64,000 bases of DNA, taken from the NCBI GenBank assembly GCA_965178125.1, contig OZ237750.1, positions 558,001 to 622,000 of the forward strand. Direction: 5' to 3'. The notes beneath the pieces were generated by a model that worked only from the letters and a program-made list of their open reading frames with translations, was not told the DNA's origin and did not search any database. The stretch's first letter is position 1. Every line of letters starts with the position of its first letter. Below, piece after piece: positions 13,108-26,482 of this stretch. The translations under genes were made by a program, and so were the position numbers. The DNA is from Bilabrum cf. latius. Its lineage: Eukaryota.

Positions 13108-13285
13108 GCTGTGCCCAGTTGCCGTTGCTAGTGTGCCTCGCAGTTCCGAAGGTTCGGAAACAACTTTGAAGAAAATTGAAAACTCTGAGCAGGCCTTACG
13201 CGTAAGGAAGGAATACGTATGTTCACTATAACGATATCAACGAGCAGCAGTGGCAAGAGAAAGAGAAGTCGCCGACAGGCCCCCT

Positions 13286-16200
13286 TCACATCCCTCCGAA
13301 CTGCCCTCCCATCCCGGGACCGCCCATGCCGCCGTAGCCAGGGCCCGGCGCAGATCCCTGCGGGTACCCCTGAGGATACCCTCCAGGCTGAGAGTTCGCC
13401 GCGAAGTTCGCCAGCTGCGGCACCTGTCCGCCGAGCATGGGGATGCCACCGGCCATGCCCTGCCCCATGGCCTGCTCCTCCTCCTCCTCCTTCTCCGCAG
13501 TGCGGGCATCCAGCTCGCGGATCTTGGCGTCCTGGTCGCCCAGGTACTGCACCAGGTACGGCATCACGTAGTCGATCAGGCGGTACCTCCACGCCAGCTC
13601 CAGTGCCACATCAGGACGCACGAGCCCGTAGCACGCGTACAGGCAGGCAGAGAAGCACTCGGCGTCGCCCTTGTCCTCCACAAAGTAGCGCACCAGAGCC
13701 TCCACCAGCTTGACGTCGCGCGAGGCGGCGGCGGTCTCGATGGCGTCGCTGAACATGCCGGACTTCTTGCTGAGCTCGATCGAAGACTCGAACCTGCGGT
13801 TCCTACGGTAGAGCACGGCAGCGATCCGCTGGAACTCGACGAGCTCGTGGCTCTCGAGCTTCTTGGCAAGGTCAAGCTGGTCGAAGGTCTGGTGCTCATC
13901 GATGCTGGTCCGCAGGCGCTCGTAGTCCTCGAGCTTGACGAGCGTGGCGTTCACTGCCTCGTTCACCGCGGTGATGTCGTTGGACTGCACCTGCAACAGG
14001 TAGGGCAGCGCCAGCCTCATGTGGAACTGGTCCTTGCGCAGGATGTGCACCACGCGGGAGTGGTCAAGCATGGGGGCCAGCACCTTGAGCAGGTCGTTCA
14101 GCTGCATGGGCTCCTCCCTCAGGTAGAACTCGACCGCCTGGTAGTACAGCTCGGGGTTCCTGACCTTGCGGATGATCTCCTTGAAGCGGTCGTGGTCGAA
14201 CGCGGTCGGCGAGTGGTCGATCATGACCTTGACCCCGTTGTCGAAATCGTCCGTCTCCACGTGCAAGAAGGCGGCCTCGGGCCAGTGGCGGCCGGCCTCG
14301 CAGGAGCGGAGGATCTTGGGCACGTTGAGGCGGCTCTTGAACACCTTGAGGTGGTTCATGAGCTTGTCGGGAAGGTGCCTGCTGTACACCACGCCGAGCT
14401 CGGTGAAGATGCCCTGGTGGGCACCCTCGGCGCCGATGCCGGTCTCCAGCAGCTTGATCAGCTCCTCGAAGTGCCCGCCCTGCTCGTACGTGTGCACCAG
14501 CTCCTCCAGGTGGTCCGGGTCCGTCATGATGTTCAGGCCGCACTGCTGGGCGAGGCGGAACTCGCCGGCCGCCATGCAGGCCTTGTTCAGCTCCTTCCAC
14601 GTCTTTGAGCTGTTGGCCTTCTTGGCGGCCTGCACCGCCTCGTTGTACTGCCCCAGCTGCACGTAGCATGCCGCCAGCTGCGCGTTGTTGTCGATGGCCG
14701 CGAACAGGATGCGGCCGGCGTCGAACAGACCCTCCGAGTAGCACCGGTCGCCGATGCCCTGGATGTCAGCCACGTTGGGCTCCGACACGAACACCTCGAG
14801 GTCGGAGAGGCGCTTGCACTGGGCAAACGCGTACGCCAGCTCCGAGTCCACCTCGCGCTCCTTCTTGCTCTTGCGGGCCATCTGCAGGTACCTAACGAGG
14901 TCCTCGAAGGCCTCCTCCCCGCGCGCCACGGCGATGACCTCGCTGAAGTTGGAGGCGTCGTCGGCCTTGATGAACGAGTCCACCGCCTCCTTGACCATCT
15001 TGTCGGCCAGCTGGGCGTTGGCCAGCATGGTCCACACCTCGGCCTTGTCCACGCGCTCGGCGTACCCAAAGGCGCGCTCGAGGTCGTGCAGGCGCTCGAT
15101 GAGCACGGCGACGGCCTTCATGGGCATGTCGAACTTCTTGTAGATCGTGAAGGCCTCCTCGAACAGCTCGTAGTCGTCGCGGAGGGCCATGGAAGCGATC
15201 CGCTCGGGGTCAAAGTTGTCCAGGCGGTTGATGTACTCCATGAACCGGCCGCCGGACTCGTCGCTGTGCGAGCAGCGGATGGCCGTGGCCAGGAGCAGGT
15301 TCTGCAGCTTGGTGTGGTGCGAGAACTCAGTGCCATGCAGGACGAGCTTCTCCAGCAGGCCGATCAGCTGCTGAGGCACGTCGGCGTCGATGAAAGCCTT
15401 CACGGTCACGGACACGAGCTCGCCGTCCTTGATCTCCGGGAGGGCGGTGCCGACCACCTGGTCGATCAGGTCCTGCCTGTGAGGGTTCTCCTCGTTCAGA
15501 ACGCGGGCCCAGAGCTCCTCGTCGCGGCGCTCCACCAGGTAGCGCGCCTGCTGCTTGAACAGGCCGTTCTTGTTGGAGACCTCGAGCAGCTCCTCGTCGC
15601 AGTTGCCGCGCTTGTAGGCCAAAAACGCCAGCTGGGGGTCCAGCCTCTCGGCGAACTTGCCGAGCACCTTGGGGTCGTAGAAGGTGTTCTTCGTGAGGAA
15701 GTCCTTCGGGTCCTTGTTGGCCATGATCACGATCTTGCCCATGGCGTTGTGCGTCGCGGGCTCGTTGTTGCCGCCGGCGATCTTGGCGTCGAGGAACCGC
15801 TCCAGCATCTTGAGGCGGTTGCGCTTCTCGACCTCCTGCACGAGCTCGCCGATGTCGCACACGTTGGGCTCGGGGGCGCCCTCGGGCATGTGCTGAGGCA
15901 CGGGTCCGGTGGGCACCTGGCTGATGAGGTTCATGATGAACTTCTCATCGGCGTCCAGGTCCAGGAGCTTGCCGATGACCAGGGGGCAGCTCTTGGGGCT
16001 GACCTTGAGCACGTACACCTCGAGGAAGCGCTGCAGCTTGTTGGTGTGCAGGTAGTGCGTCAGCTCAGGCACGAAGCCGTGGCGGTCGCACACCCAGATC
16101 AGGGGCTGGGGGTTGGGCAGCTTCTTCTGGATGAGGTAGTCCTTGACCTCCTCGGGGTTGTACACGGTCGAGTCGCGGCACACGCGCAGCACCTCGTCGG

Positions 16201-18615
16201 GCTGGTTGAGCTCGGCAGCCACCTGGATGTACTTGAAGTGCACCTCGGGGCTCTCGGAGGTGTTGACGATGCCGGCGAGGTAGTAGTAGAGCGCGTTGGT
16301 GCTCTTCCTGTCCTCGAACATCTTGATGAGGTTCTCGGGGCCCATAAAGTCCGAGTACTGCTTGGCGATCTCCACCACGGCCTCGTCCACCTGCTTGGTG
16401 TCCAGCAGGGCAGACACGCAGGTCAGCGCGTCCTCGCTGACGAGGGTAGAGAAGAACTTGACCAAGAAGGCGCGGTGCTTAGGGTCGCGAGCCACGTTGG
16501 GGATGACCCTCTTCATGTCTTCCACGTCTTCGTGCAGCTCCAGGGCGCGGTGGTAGAGGCCGCACCTCTCCGCGAGGGTGGCGATGTGCTTCTTGTCGAA
16601 GTGGTGGAAGGTGTTGGAGCCCAGGATGGCGTCAGCCACGGGGGCGGCGCCGCCGAGCATGTTCATCTCCAGCAGGCGGGTCTGCAGGTATCCCTGCTCC
16701 TTGCGGTCCTCGGACAGCACGTCGTACAGGAAGCTAGTGCACTCGGGGAGGCGCTTGAACTGCATGAAGATGTCCACGGCCGTGTCGATCTGGATCAGAG
16801 GGCCGGGGGAGTTCTTCACGAGCGTCTGCGCGAACTCGGCGGACTTGTCGGGGTGCGTGTGCACGAGCTGCTGCAGCAAAGTGGCCCAGTCGGGCTGGTA
16901 GGCGTGCTCCTTGGCGTACGGGATGATCTTGTCGACGTCACCCGCCTGCACGAAGCATCCGACCACCTTGTCGTGGGCGCCGCCCGAGTTCTCGTACACG
17001 GACTTGGCGAGGGTCGAATCGTGCGGGGCGATGAGGTCCCCGAGCTCTGCGCTCGAGGTCATCTTGCCCTCCCGGACCCACTTCTGGATGAGCGGCAGCC
17101 GGTTCTGGGCGAGGGCCGGGCGCGCCAGCTCGATGGATTCCACGGCGTTCAGCTGGCCCTTCTTGGCGATCCGCGTGAGGTAGACGAGCAGCTGCCTGGC
17201 GCCGTCGGGCATGCCCTGGATCCTCCGGATGGTCTCAGAGTTGCGGAGGACCTCCCCGGGGGACGATGCGGCTAGGTCGGCTGCGCCCTCGATGTTGCTG
17301 GAGGCCAGGAGCCGGTCCATCTGGCCCTTGTAGGCCGCCTCTGCGCCGGGGAGGGACAGGCGTCCCGCGAGCTTGAGGGCGAGGGACTCGTTCTTGAGCG
17401 TGCCCATCACGTACCCCACGAGGGCGTCTCGGTTGATCTGCACGTGGTGCAGGTCGCCAGAGGTCATGGCCAGGGCGAGCACGCCGCCCGTCTCGGGTTG
17501 CGCGCAAGCGGTGAAGATGGGCGTCTCCGCCACCTTGGTCCTGAAGATGACGTTGCCGGTCTCGAGGTCGAAGACGAAGCAGAGGCCCATCCGGGTGAAG
17601 ATGTACAGGATGCCCTGCTCCTCCGAGGCCTGGAGAACAACGGCCATGTCACCGGCGGAGCCGGCGGGCAGTGGGAGAGTCTGCTCGGGGACGGTGTGCG
17701 CGTCGGCTCCCTTGTATCCCACCTCCACGATCCGGAGGGTGGGCTTGGAGCCAGCGGGCTGCTGGACGTAGCAGAAGAGCATCGCCGGCGTGGCGCGGCC
17801 GGCCACGTTGAACTTGGTGAAGCATCCCGCGGCGGAGGTGATGGGCTTCTGGGACTTGCGGTGCTCCACCGAGTAGAGCTGCATGACGCCCTGCACGGCC
17901 CCGTCGATCTTGGCCATGCCCGAAGCCACCAGCCACTTGCCGTCGGCCGAGGCGTCGTAGTTGATCACCTGCGCGCCGAGCAGCGCCTTGGAGCGGTCGA
18001 ACATCTTCTCGGGCTCGGAGCCGCCCTCGGAAGACCAGTGGTAGACGGCCTTGCTAGCAACGATGGCCAGCGTCGTGTCGTTCAGCCAGCGCCAGTACGA
18101 GATCTTGTCGGACGAAAACACCTTCGTCGACTTGATCTTCTTTCCGATCTCAAGGTTGCGAATCTGCACGATGCCCTTGCCTGCGAAACGTGATTGAAAC
18201 AAATTGAAAGAATGCAGCTCGTTGCTGGGAAGCCCATAGCTGATTGCCGTTCGGTTGGCGGCGTGCACGTCGACTGGGTGCGTCACCGACGGCAGCCGAG
18301 CAAATCATGCGCGCAACAGGTCGCCGACTCGATTCCCAGGCTTGTCTCACCGCGCGCAGCAAGAAGCTTGCCGTTGGGAGACTGACAAGCCGCATCTCCT
18401 TCCAGCGCGTGCTTGCTCTTGATTCGCTGCTCGGAGGGATCCACCGTGGAGAGCTGGCCCTTGCCCCCGTTGTCCTCCCGGATCAGGATAGCCTTGTGCG
18501 ACGTCATGCTCGTAGTCTTCACATTGATTGCTTTGCCTTGCACCCCAAGGGCTGACAAGGAGAGCACCTTGCTCGCCGTGATCGGCGTGCCAGAAGCTCC
18601 GCCGGCGGCAGCCAT
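13286..18615 (-). CDS. CLTC: Clathrin heavy chain
   Basis: Exons 18615-18351 and 18180-13286. N-terminal propeller (YWRWLN, QVINYDAS) and CHCR repeats (LIWVCDRHGFV, EVEKRNRLK, AHQGIFTELG, DVALELAWR). No in-frame TAG; ends TGA. Confidence 0.97.
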
Positions 18616-18851
18616 TCTGACGAAGCTAGTTACTGGAGGAAGATCCGGTTTCTGGCGCTACTTGAGACTGCAAGTCCCAAGAAAGTCAATAAATTATCAA
18701 CACAGATGTCTCTGCTGATCGCAGCGACGAGTGTGCTTGATGTAGTGCGGTTTATCCCCAGGCCACTTTCGCGGATGGGCGCGGGATTGTGGTACCGTGT
18801 ACTTTAGAGCAGATATCTGGTTTTACTGGACCAGGCGCACATTGGCCCGTC

Positions 18852-20148
18852 ATGAGGAGTTTCGGAGCAGTTGTACTTGCACTCGTAGCTGGATATGTTT
18901 CTGTAAGATATAATGTGATTCGTTCGTGCCGAATGGAGGGCAATTTTGTCCTGGAAATATCCGCAGGGAGACGATTGTGAAACTTGCCTTCGATCCACGT
19001 GTTCAACCGCAGGCTGATCTAGTCGAGCTGACTTCTAGCACGTTCGACGACTTCGTCGGAGGCGATAAGGGTGCATTTGTCAAGTTCTATGCGCCGTGGT
19101 GGTGAGATGTTTCACGTTTCTCTCGCGCCACTGCTGTCATCGTGAATCTCGAGCAGGTGCGGGGTTGCCCTCGGATCCAACACCCGATATTCGAAACTAG
19201 TGTATGTGTTTTTTGTTTCGCAGCGGCCACTGCAAGGCGATGGCTCCTGCTATGGAGGACGTGGGCAAGGCGTTCAAGTCGAGCGATCCCGTGGTGGTCG
19301 CTAAGCTTGACGCCACAGCGCACGGCGATGTCGCCGCCAAGTTCGATGTGAAGGGCTACCCCACAATCAAGTGGTTCCCAGCCGGCTCCACAGAAGGAGA
19401 AGATTACAACGGTGGCCGCGATGCCGCGGACATCGTCGAGTTCATCAATGACAAGGCCGGCACCCGCCGCCGCATAGCCCAGGAGCCCACCGCCGTGCAG
19501 CACCTGACCGAGTCGTCCTTCAAGACGGTGGTGGACAGCCGATCCAAGACCCAGCACGCCCTTGTGGAGTTCTACGCCCCCTGGTGCGGCCACTGCAAGA
19601 GCCTCAAGCCGACGTACGAGAAGCTCGCCCAGGCGTTCCAGGGCGAGGACGACGTGATCGTCGCCGCGGTCGACGCGACAGCCCACCGCTCCCTGGGCGA
19701 CAAGTACGACGTGAAGGGCTTCCCCACGATCAAGTTCTTCCGGGCGGGGGCAGAGGAACCCGAGGACTATAGCGGGGGCAGGAGCCTTGATGACTTTGTG
19801 GAGTTTTTGAACAAGGAGGCCGGCACAAGCCGCGGCTCGGACGGGTCTCTCTCAGTGGATTACGGGCGCCTGCCCGACTTTGACGAGTTCGCGACCCTGT
19901 TTGTGGCCTCTGACGACCACGACGACGTCATCAAGCGGGCGGAGGAGGCCGCCGCAGAGTTGGAGGGCAAGGCTGCGACCTTCGCTGGGCATTACGTGAA
20001 GACGATGAAGAAGATCTTGGCCAAGGGGGGCGAGTACGTGGACAAGGAGATCGCCAGGCTGAGCAAGCTGATCGAGGGGGGCAGCGTGAAGCCCGCCAGG
20101 AGAGACTTGTTCGTGCTGCGGAAGAACATCCTGGCCGCCTTCCAGTGA
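18852..20148 (+). CDS. Protein disulfide isomerase, a-a'-ERp29 type (ERp38-like)
   Basis: Exons 18852-18902, 19013-19101 and 19224-20148. Signal peptide, two FYAPWCGHCK thioredoxin motifs (the first split by an intron) and an ERp29-like C-terminus ending RKNILAAFQ-TGA. Confidence 0.95.
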
Positions 20149-20403
20149 GTTTGCCAGTGAGTTCCACTGATTGGGTGCGTGGTCTTGCTTTGGGTGCGTG
20201 ATGCGCCGGCATGCAGAGAGAGCCATCGAACCGGTCATTCAGGTAAACCGAATCATGTCAACGCAAGGAAACAATTATCGCGTAACCAGCAACGATTTTT
20301 TTTCCGCTGCGGCACCGAGTCCCCCTCGCTCTGTGCATCCTCCTCCCACCAGAGGACCTCGCCTCCCTCGCAAACGATGCTCGGTCCGCTCTCATGATGC
20401 GAA

Positions 20404-20947
20404 TCACTTGGCCTGGGGGTGGGTGGACACGAAGGCAACGGCGTCCTCCACAGTCTTGATGGACTCGGCCTCGGCATCGGGGATCTGGATGCAGAACTCC
20501 TCTTCCAAAGCCATGCAGACCTCGACGGCATCCAGCGAATCCAGGCCCAGGTCCTTCTCAAAGTGAGCACCAGCAGCAACCTTGGCGTCCTCCACCTTCT
20601 CGAAGTTCTTCAAGACCTGCATCACTCGCTCCGAAACCTCTGCCTTCTCCAGGAAGGTCTGCGAGGCGAAACATGTGCCGGATTGATCATACAACGTCAG
20701 CAGGTGGGCTCGACGGGGGCGCACGCATGGAATCATTGATAATACGCAAAGCCCCAGCATGTGCGTAGTACAAAGCAAAGCAAACAAACGATTCGACGGC
20801 AGCCGCAGGGACTCTATCGGACTACAAGGGACTTGAGCTTACCTGCACGGTGGCACACAAGGACCGCGTAGGCATGCGGACAGCGAACCTAGTGGGCGCT
20901 CGGAAGCTCCGGGCAGCAGCAAGCATAACACGACGAGCCATGGCCAT
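20404..20947 (-). CDS. NDUFAB1: Mitochondrial acyl carrier protein
   Basis: Exons 20947-20843 (Arg/Ala-rich presequence) and 20658-20404. DLGLDSLDAVEVCMALEEEF phosphopantetheine site; ends TGA. Confidence 0.93.
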
Positions 20948-21128
20948 GATGAACCTTTGTACGCGCTCTTCAGCTGGTTAGACAGATGCACAGAAGAAGC
21001 TCCGATTTCGTGTGCACTTAATCAGAATTCTCTTACAAACGCACGCAACTAGAATGAAACTCTGTTTGATCGGAGCCAGACACCCGTTGGGATGCCTCAC
21101 GGCCCCCGAGGCATTTAGCCGCGAAAGG

Positions 21129-23079
21129 ATGTCGTCTTCTATGCGCGATTTTAAAGTAATCCAGCTTCTTGGTAAAGGAAGTTTTGGATCAGTCTACAAG
21201 TGCAAGCGTATCTCTGATGGACTGCTGTAAGGCATTGCAAGCCATGCTCAATGACGAGGCGGCTTGGGTCCGTTCCTCGCGCGAGATTCTGACGGTCTTT
21301 TTTTGTACGACGTATTTAAATTCGCAGTTATGCCGTTAAAGAAGTGAATATTAAGAAGCTGAGCGCGCGTGAACGGTAAGACAAGTGGTATTCGTAGCTA
21401 CATCGGTATTTCGTGGCTGCAGAGCGTTTCAGCAAGCGACCGGCGGCACGTGAATTGTAGTCAGCATAACGTATCGCGCAGCGAGGACGCCGTTAACGAG
21501 ATCCGGATCCTTGCATCCATCTCCCACGTGAACATCATCCGGTACTGCGATGCATTCCTGGAGCGGGACAATCTGTACATTGTCATGGCGTTTGCCGAGC
21601 ACGGCGACGTCTACAGGCAGATCAAGAAATTCAAGGCGGCCAACAAGTACATCAAAGAGGACACCATTTGGAGCTATTTGATCCAGATGTGTGCTGCCCT
21701 GCGAGACCTGCACTCGAGGCGCATCCTCCACAGGGTGAGTAGCCGATGCCCCTCTCCTGCCCCCCACGCCCCACGCCACTCGCCCGATCCCGCCAGTGAA
21801 GTTCGACGTCCGCTGCCCCCATAACTCCTGCAGGACATCAAGCCGAAGAACGTATTCCTCACGGCCAAGAACCACATCAGGGTGGGCGACCTCGGGTGTG
21901 CCAAGCTCATGAAGAGCGGGCTTGCAAGGACCCAGGTGAGATGGATTGACACGATGGAACCGAGACTTAACGCCTTTGTTTCATTGCTTTGCTAACATGC
22001 ATCCTTCACCTGTCACACCATGCCATGTAATAGTATTTGTCCCTCCGCCCGCTGATGCCCCCAAATCACAATTACAGATCGGCACTCCCTACTACATGTC
22101 CCCCGAGCTGTGGACGTGCTCCCCATACGACGACAAGAGCGACATGTGGGCCGTCGGGTGCTTCATCTTTGAGCTGTGCATGCTCAACCCGCCCTTCGTG
22201 GCCAACGATATGAACGGGCTGGCACGCAAGGTCAAGACCCAGGCCACCCCGAGGGTCAGCAAGCACTACTCGGCGGAGCTCCAGGACATCGTATACGCCC
22301 TCCTCCAGAAGTCTCCCCGCCTGCGACCCTCCTGCGAGGACATTCTCCGCAATCCCTCCGTACAGCGGCGCATGCAGCTGGCACCCATGATCAACGAGAG
22401 GACGGACCGAACCGCCCACATGCTGGCCACCATCAAGGTCCCCAGAGATATGCGAAGAGTGGGACGCATGCAGCTGCCGCAGCCTTCGTATCCAGACCTC
22501 AAGGCAGCCGCTGCCGCGGAGGATGCCGCGCTCGCCAGGGTTGGAGCAGGCGCAGGCGCAGGTGCGGGAGCAGCAGCAGCAGCTGCAGCTGGTGGTGCCG
22601 CCCCTTCGGTAGGCAGGCGGGCCACGAGCCCCCTAGTTTCACCGGGGAAGAAGAAGGCAGCCGCGGCGGCCATGGCCTCAAAGGCAATCCCTGGCAAGGC
22701 CGTGCGGCCTCCGTCTTCCGCTGCCGGGGTTGGGATGAGGCGAGTGGCGTCTGACGGGGACTATGGACGTAGGGGTGGGCGGCCGGCCTCCAGGGCCAGG
22801 GGGGGCGGCGCACGGCCGCCGTCGGCGTACGGGCGTGCCCCCTCGAGGCAGAGGGGGGGCGCTAGGGGTGCGGCTGTCCCCTCCGTGGGGGCCTATTCGA
22901 AGGCCGTGCCCAGCTCGAGGGGCGTGGCGGGGCACATGCAGCGGATCTACGCGGCGGCGGCCGCCGGGGGTGCCGGCGCTGGCGGCTTGGCGTACGGAGC
23001 CGGGGCTCGCCGTGCGGCCTCACGGGCGCCTTCGGCCTATCAGCGGTACGCAGGGAGGGCAGGGTCCAGGTTTTACTGA
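21129..23079 (+). CDS. NIMA-related (NEK) Ser/Thr kinase
   Basis: Exons approx. 21129-21226, 21328-21375, 21482-21734, 21834-21935 and 22078-23079. Motifs LGKGSFG, YAVKEV, HRDIKPKN, GDLG, TQIGTPYYMSPE and LATIKVPR; ends TGA. Confidence 0.93.
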
Positions 23080-23288
23080 GGAGTCCGCCCGGGGCACCAC
23101 CGGCAAGTCAACCGGGTGGTAGGTTTTTGGCTTGCTGGCCGGGGACCCATCGAGGCATGGTGAGTAGTTAGGTGCAGTTGGCTAAAGGGCGCCATTAATG
23201 TGAAAGTGGGGAGGAGTAGAGATAGTACGTTCATCAAGTTCTGTTCACGTCTTTGGTTCGAATCAACGGGCAAAGCTCGACCGTCACG

Positions 23289-23734
23289 TCACTTCGCCTC
23301 ACCATCCTTTTTGACTGCCAGCGGGTTAATGCCGCCCTGCAGCCTATATTCTTGGTACCACCGTTCCTTTTCTTCATCCCTTCCAAACGTGGTGAGGCAA
23401 GACTCCATCGCAATGTGCGACTGCCTGCAACTCGAAACGACAAACATGCCAGAATCTTGCCTGCACTTCCAGTACTCCTTAACTTCATGGTCGCATACCT
23501 TGAGACCGAGCTTCATCCATTCACGCTTTAGCAACTGCGGGAACCATGGTGTAATGGATTCAGACTCGAAGGGGGGTCTCTCGCTACGAGAGCGCTGCGA
23601 CATCCAGAAAGTCGAGCTCCACTCACGTCATCAACAGTGCGGGTAAGTCGCTGCAACCTGCCGCGCCTGCCTTCCTCTTTCATCGATAAAGCATCTTTTT
23701 GCAGGCTGGACGAACTGCTGTCCGAGGCTGCCAT
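23289..23734 (-). CDS. Twin CX9C mitochondrial protein (CMC1-like COX assembly factor)
   Basis: Exons 23734-23627 and 23534-23289. CDHEVKEYWKC...FVVSSCRQSHIAMESC; ends TGA. Confidence 0.8.
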
Positions 23735-23874
23735 TGCTCAGTAGTGAAATGAAAGATTTGGAGAATGACTGGTTCGTTGCAGGTTCGTTCCGCTTCGCAG
23801 CAGAACATGGCGGCGCCATTGGCGCGGCGGCACACAACCCCGGCCAAAAGCAGAGATACTGGTGCAAGGAACAA

Positions 23875-26302
23875 TCAATTCGAAACAGTCGCAGTGGGCC
23901 TGTGTCTCAGACCCTCAGCTGCCTTGGATTCGCTCTCCGTCACTCCGTGGATGGGAGCTGAAGGCAGCGCCCTTGAGCTGGCCTGCTTGGGCTTGTCAGC
24001 TGCCGGGGCACCATCCTTCTTGTTGGCAGCCAAGCGAGCCTTCTTGGCGGCAGCAGCCGCAGCGAGCCTCTCCTCCTCTCTCTACTTGGCAGCCCACGCC
24101 GCGCCAGGAAGCACGCCAAGGGCGAACACCACGGAGCCCAGGTGTACCCCGAGCAGCACGCGAGACAGCGTCCCCATGGCGCTGTAGGCAACCGCAATTG
24201 CTCCCAGTGGGCCACCTTCATGCGATGAAAGAGCCTCCACTGCCCTGCTTGCGATGCCCACCACCTCCCCCACGCTGCCAGCCTACTCTTCCCCATGCCC
24301 ATCGCTCGACTCGGAGGCATCACCGCCGCTCGACACCAGAGCCAGGTGGACGGCCACCAGGGCCGCCGAGACGAGGAGGCACCGGATGGCCTCGTACCAC
24401 GCAGCGAACGTTCGTCGGTCAAGCAGAGAACCCACCCCGAACATGCCCGAGATCACGAAGAGTACCAGGGTCACGGTCCGAGCCGGCCCCGACGTCATCG
24501 CGGCCACTTGCTCCGATGCATAGAACGCGCCGGTGATCATGGCAAAGTGCACGGTACAGTGCAGCACCAGGGCCCAGCCAAGCGGGGCCGTCTGCTGCAG
24601 AACTGGGTTGTACCTTGTCCCGAGGGAGGGGACGGGAATGTCCTTCCAAATCTGCTGCTGCTCGTTGCGAGGCTTGCCAGACTCGGCGAAGGTGGAGGCG
24701 TACGAGGGCTTGTCCACGGCACGGCCCGCGGGCGGGACATCCTCGTCCTGCTTGCCATCGGCAGCTTCCTTCTCCGATCGCTCCCATGCCTCACGCACCC
24801 TGGGCGTCTGCTTCACCAGGTACCACCCAACGGAGGCGTACGGCACCACAAGCGCGTCTCTAAAAGAAGGCGCCTCCGCCATGCGCTTGAACATGTCGTA
24901 CCAGTGGTATGACTGCGCGTGCAAGGCCTCGTTGCTGGTCAGGGGCGGGATGAGCCCGTACACGGGAGGCTCTGCCTCCTCCAAGGCACCCGTCCGGCCT
25001 TGCGATTGCATGCCGCTCCGGCTCGCCGATTTCTACGCCCGAGCATCCGCAACCAAGTCAGACGAAAGACCGTCCTAGGTCTCGAACGGTTCCCCCGTCG
25101 CGTCCTCTAGCTTCCGCACCATGCCGGCGTCCTTGGGCGCGGTGTACCCCGCGCCCACTCTCTCCTCGGCAAAGGTACCAAACATGCGGTCCCAGATGAT
25201 GAAGATGCCGCCGTAGTTGCGACCGCCCCCCGCAGCGTACGCAGGGTTCCTGGCATGGTGCACCCTGTGGTGGGAAGGAGTGGACATTACGTATTCGATG
25301 GGCCACCACAGCTTGGGCACGTGCCTCGTGTGCACCCAGTACTGGTACAGCAGGCTAAAGGCTCCGTGCACGGCCTTTACCCTCGGAGGCACCACAAGGG
25401 CCAGGGGGACGTAGAAAAGCACGCTATCGAACGGGGTCATCGTCTACCGCAGGGCGCAGGGCAAGTTGTACTCGTTGCTGGAGTGGTGGACGCTGTGCGA
25501 GTTCCAGAAGAGCCCCATCTCATGCGTGGTCCGGTGGTACGCGTAGTAGAGCAGGTCGGTTCCTAGCAGCGCGATAAAGAACGTCGAGATGGTGTCGGGG
25601 GTATCCACCAGCCGGAAGTTCGTCCAGATGTAGCCGTAGGGGATCGCCATCCAAGCATGCGCAAGGAGAGTGACCATCCGGTTGACAAGCCCGGTCATGA
25701 GGCTGGTCAGAGTGTCGTCGAACCTGTGGTACACCTTGCCCCTCGCGAACCCAAGGAAAATCTCAGCGAGGATGGAGAGCGGGAAGAAAGCGATCCCTTC
25801 CTTCATGAACGGGAGGGCAGTGACGTCCACGACGCCGTTCGCATCCGCGTCGAGCATCTCCTGAAACTTGAGGTCGGGCTTTGTTAGCGTGGTGATCGGG
25901 AACGCAATCTTCCAGAAGAGCGTCCCATCCGGCGGCAGGGGCACGCCAGCAATGGAAAGCATGCTCAGCACGACGAACGATAGCCCGGCTGCGATGTTAT
26001 AGAAAGTATGTACGGCCCTGTAGTGCTATTTTTGTTCCAGGTCGCGGACCGGCCCTTGGATTCGCCGGAGCAGTCAGAGGCACTCTCGCAGGATTCAAGC
26101 CGTTAAAACCATTTCTCGACAGGCATGCTACCGTAGATTGAGCCATATACTAGAATTATACTAAGACACCTACCGGCAAGATGCCGCAACAAGAACACAG
26201 CATGCAGAATCAAGCAGTCCCTACCAAATACGTCTCACCTGCATACGAAAGAGAAACCGCAAAGAATACCCACGCAAGGGCCTTCACTGCGGTACTCGCC
26301 AT
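23875..26302 (-). CDS. AGMO: Alkylglycerol monooxygenase (fatty acid hydroxylase superfamily)
   Basis: Exons 26302-26239 and 25988-23875. His boxes YYAYHRTTHE, HSVHHSSNEYNL..ALR*, YQYWVHT and TPSHHRVHH, plus NYGGIFIIWDRMFGTF and PVYGL. TAG at 25444, 25075, ~25033, 24283 and 24082; ends TGA. Confidence 0.9.
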
Positions 26303-26482
26303 ATTTTTCAGAATTGTCGTAGAAACAAAACTGCAAGCACTGGGTATGCCCGGGCTTTGCGTTAGTTGCCTTTCGCACCGTTTTTACGTAATACTGCAAA
26401 ATGATACGTTACATTGAGCTTCCGGCTCGTTGGGTCCCGAATGCTTAATATCTTCTGCCTCAGAACCTGCAGCGACTTCTGA

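Noticed and set aside
13250-18193. Long plus-strand ORFs (452, 729 and 249 aa) opposite clathrin, and similar shadow ORFs elsewhere
   Set aside because: Antisense shadows of GC3-rich coding sequence with no recognisable motifs.
25444-25446. TAG as pyrrolysine, selenocysteine-like recoding or programmed read-through
   Set aside because: The TAGs are too numerous (up to ~50 per gene), share no downstream context and fall at ordinary Gln-like positions. Pyrrolysine is not known in eukaryotes.
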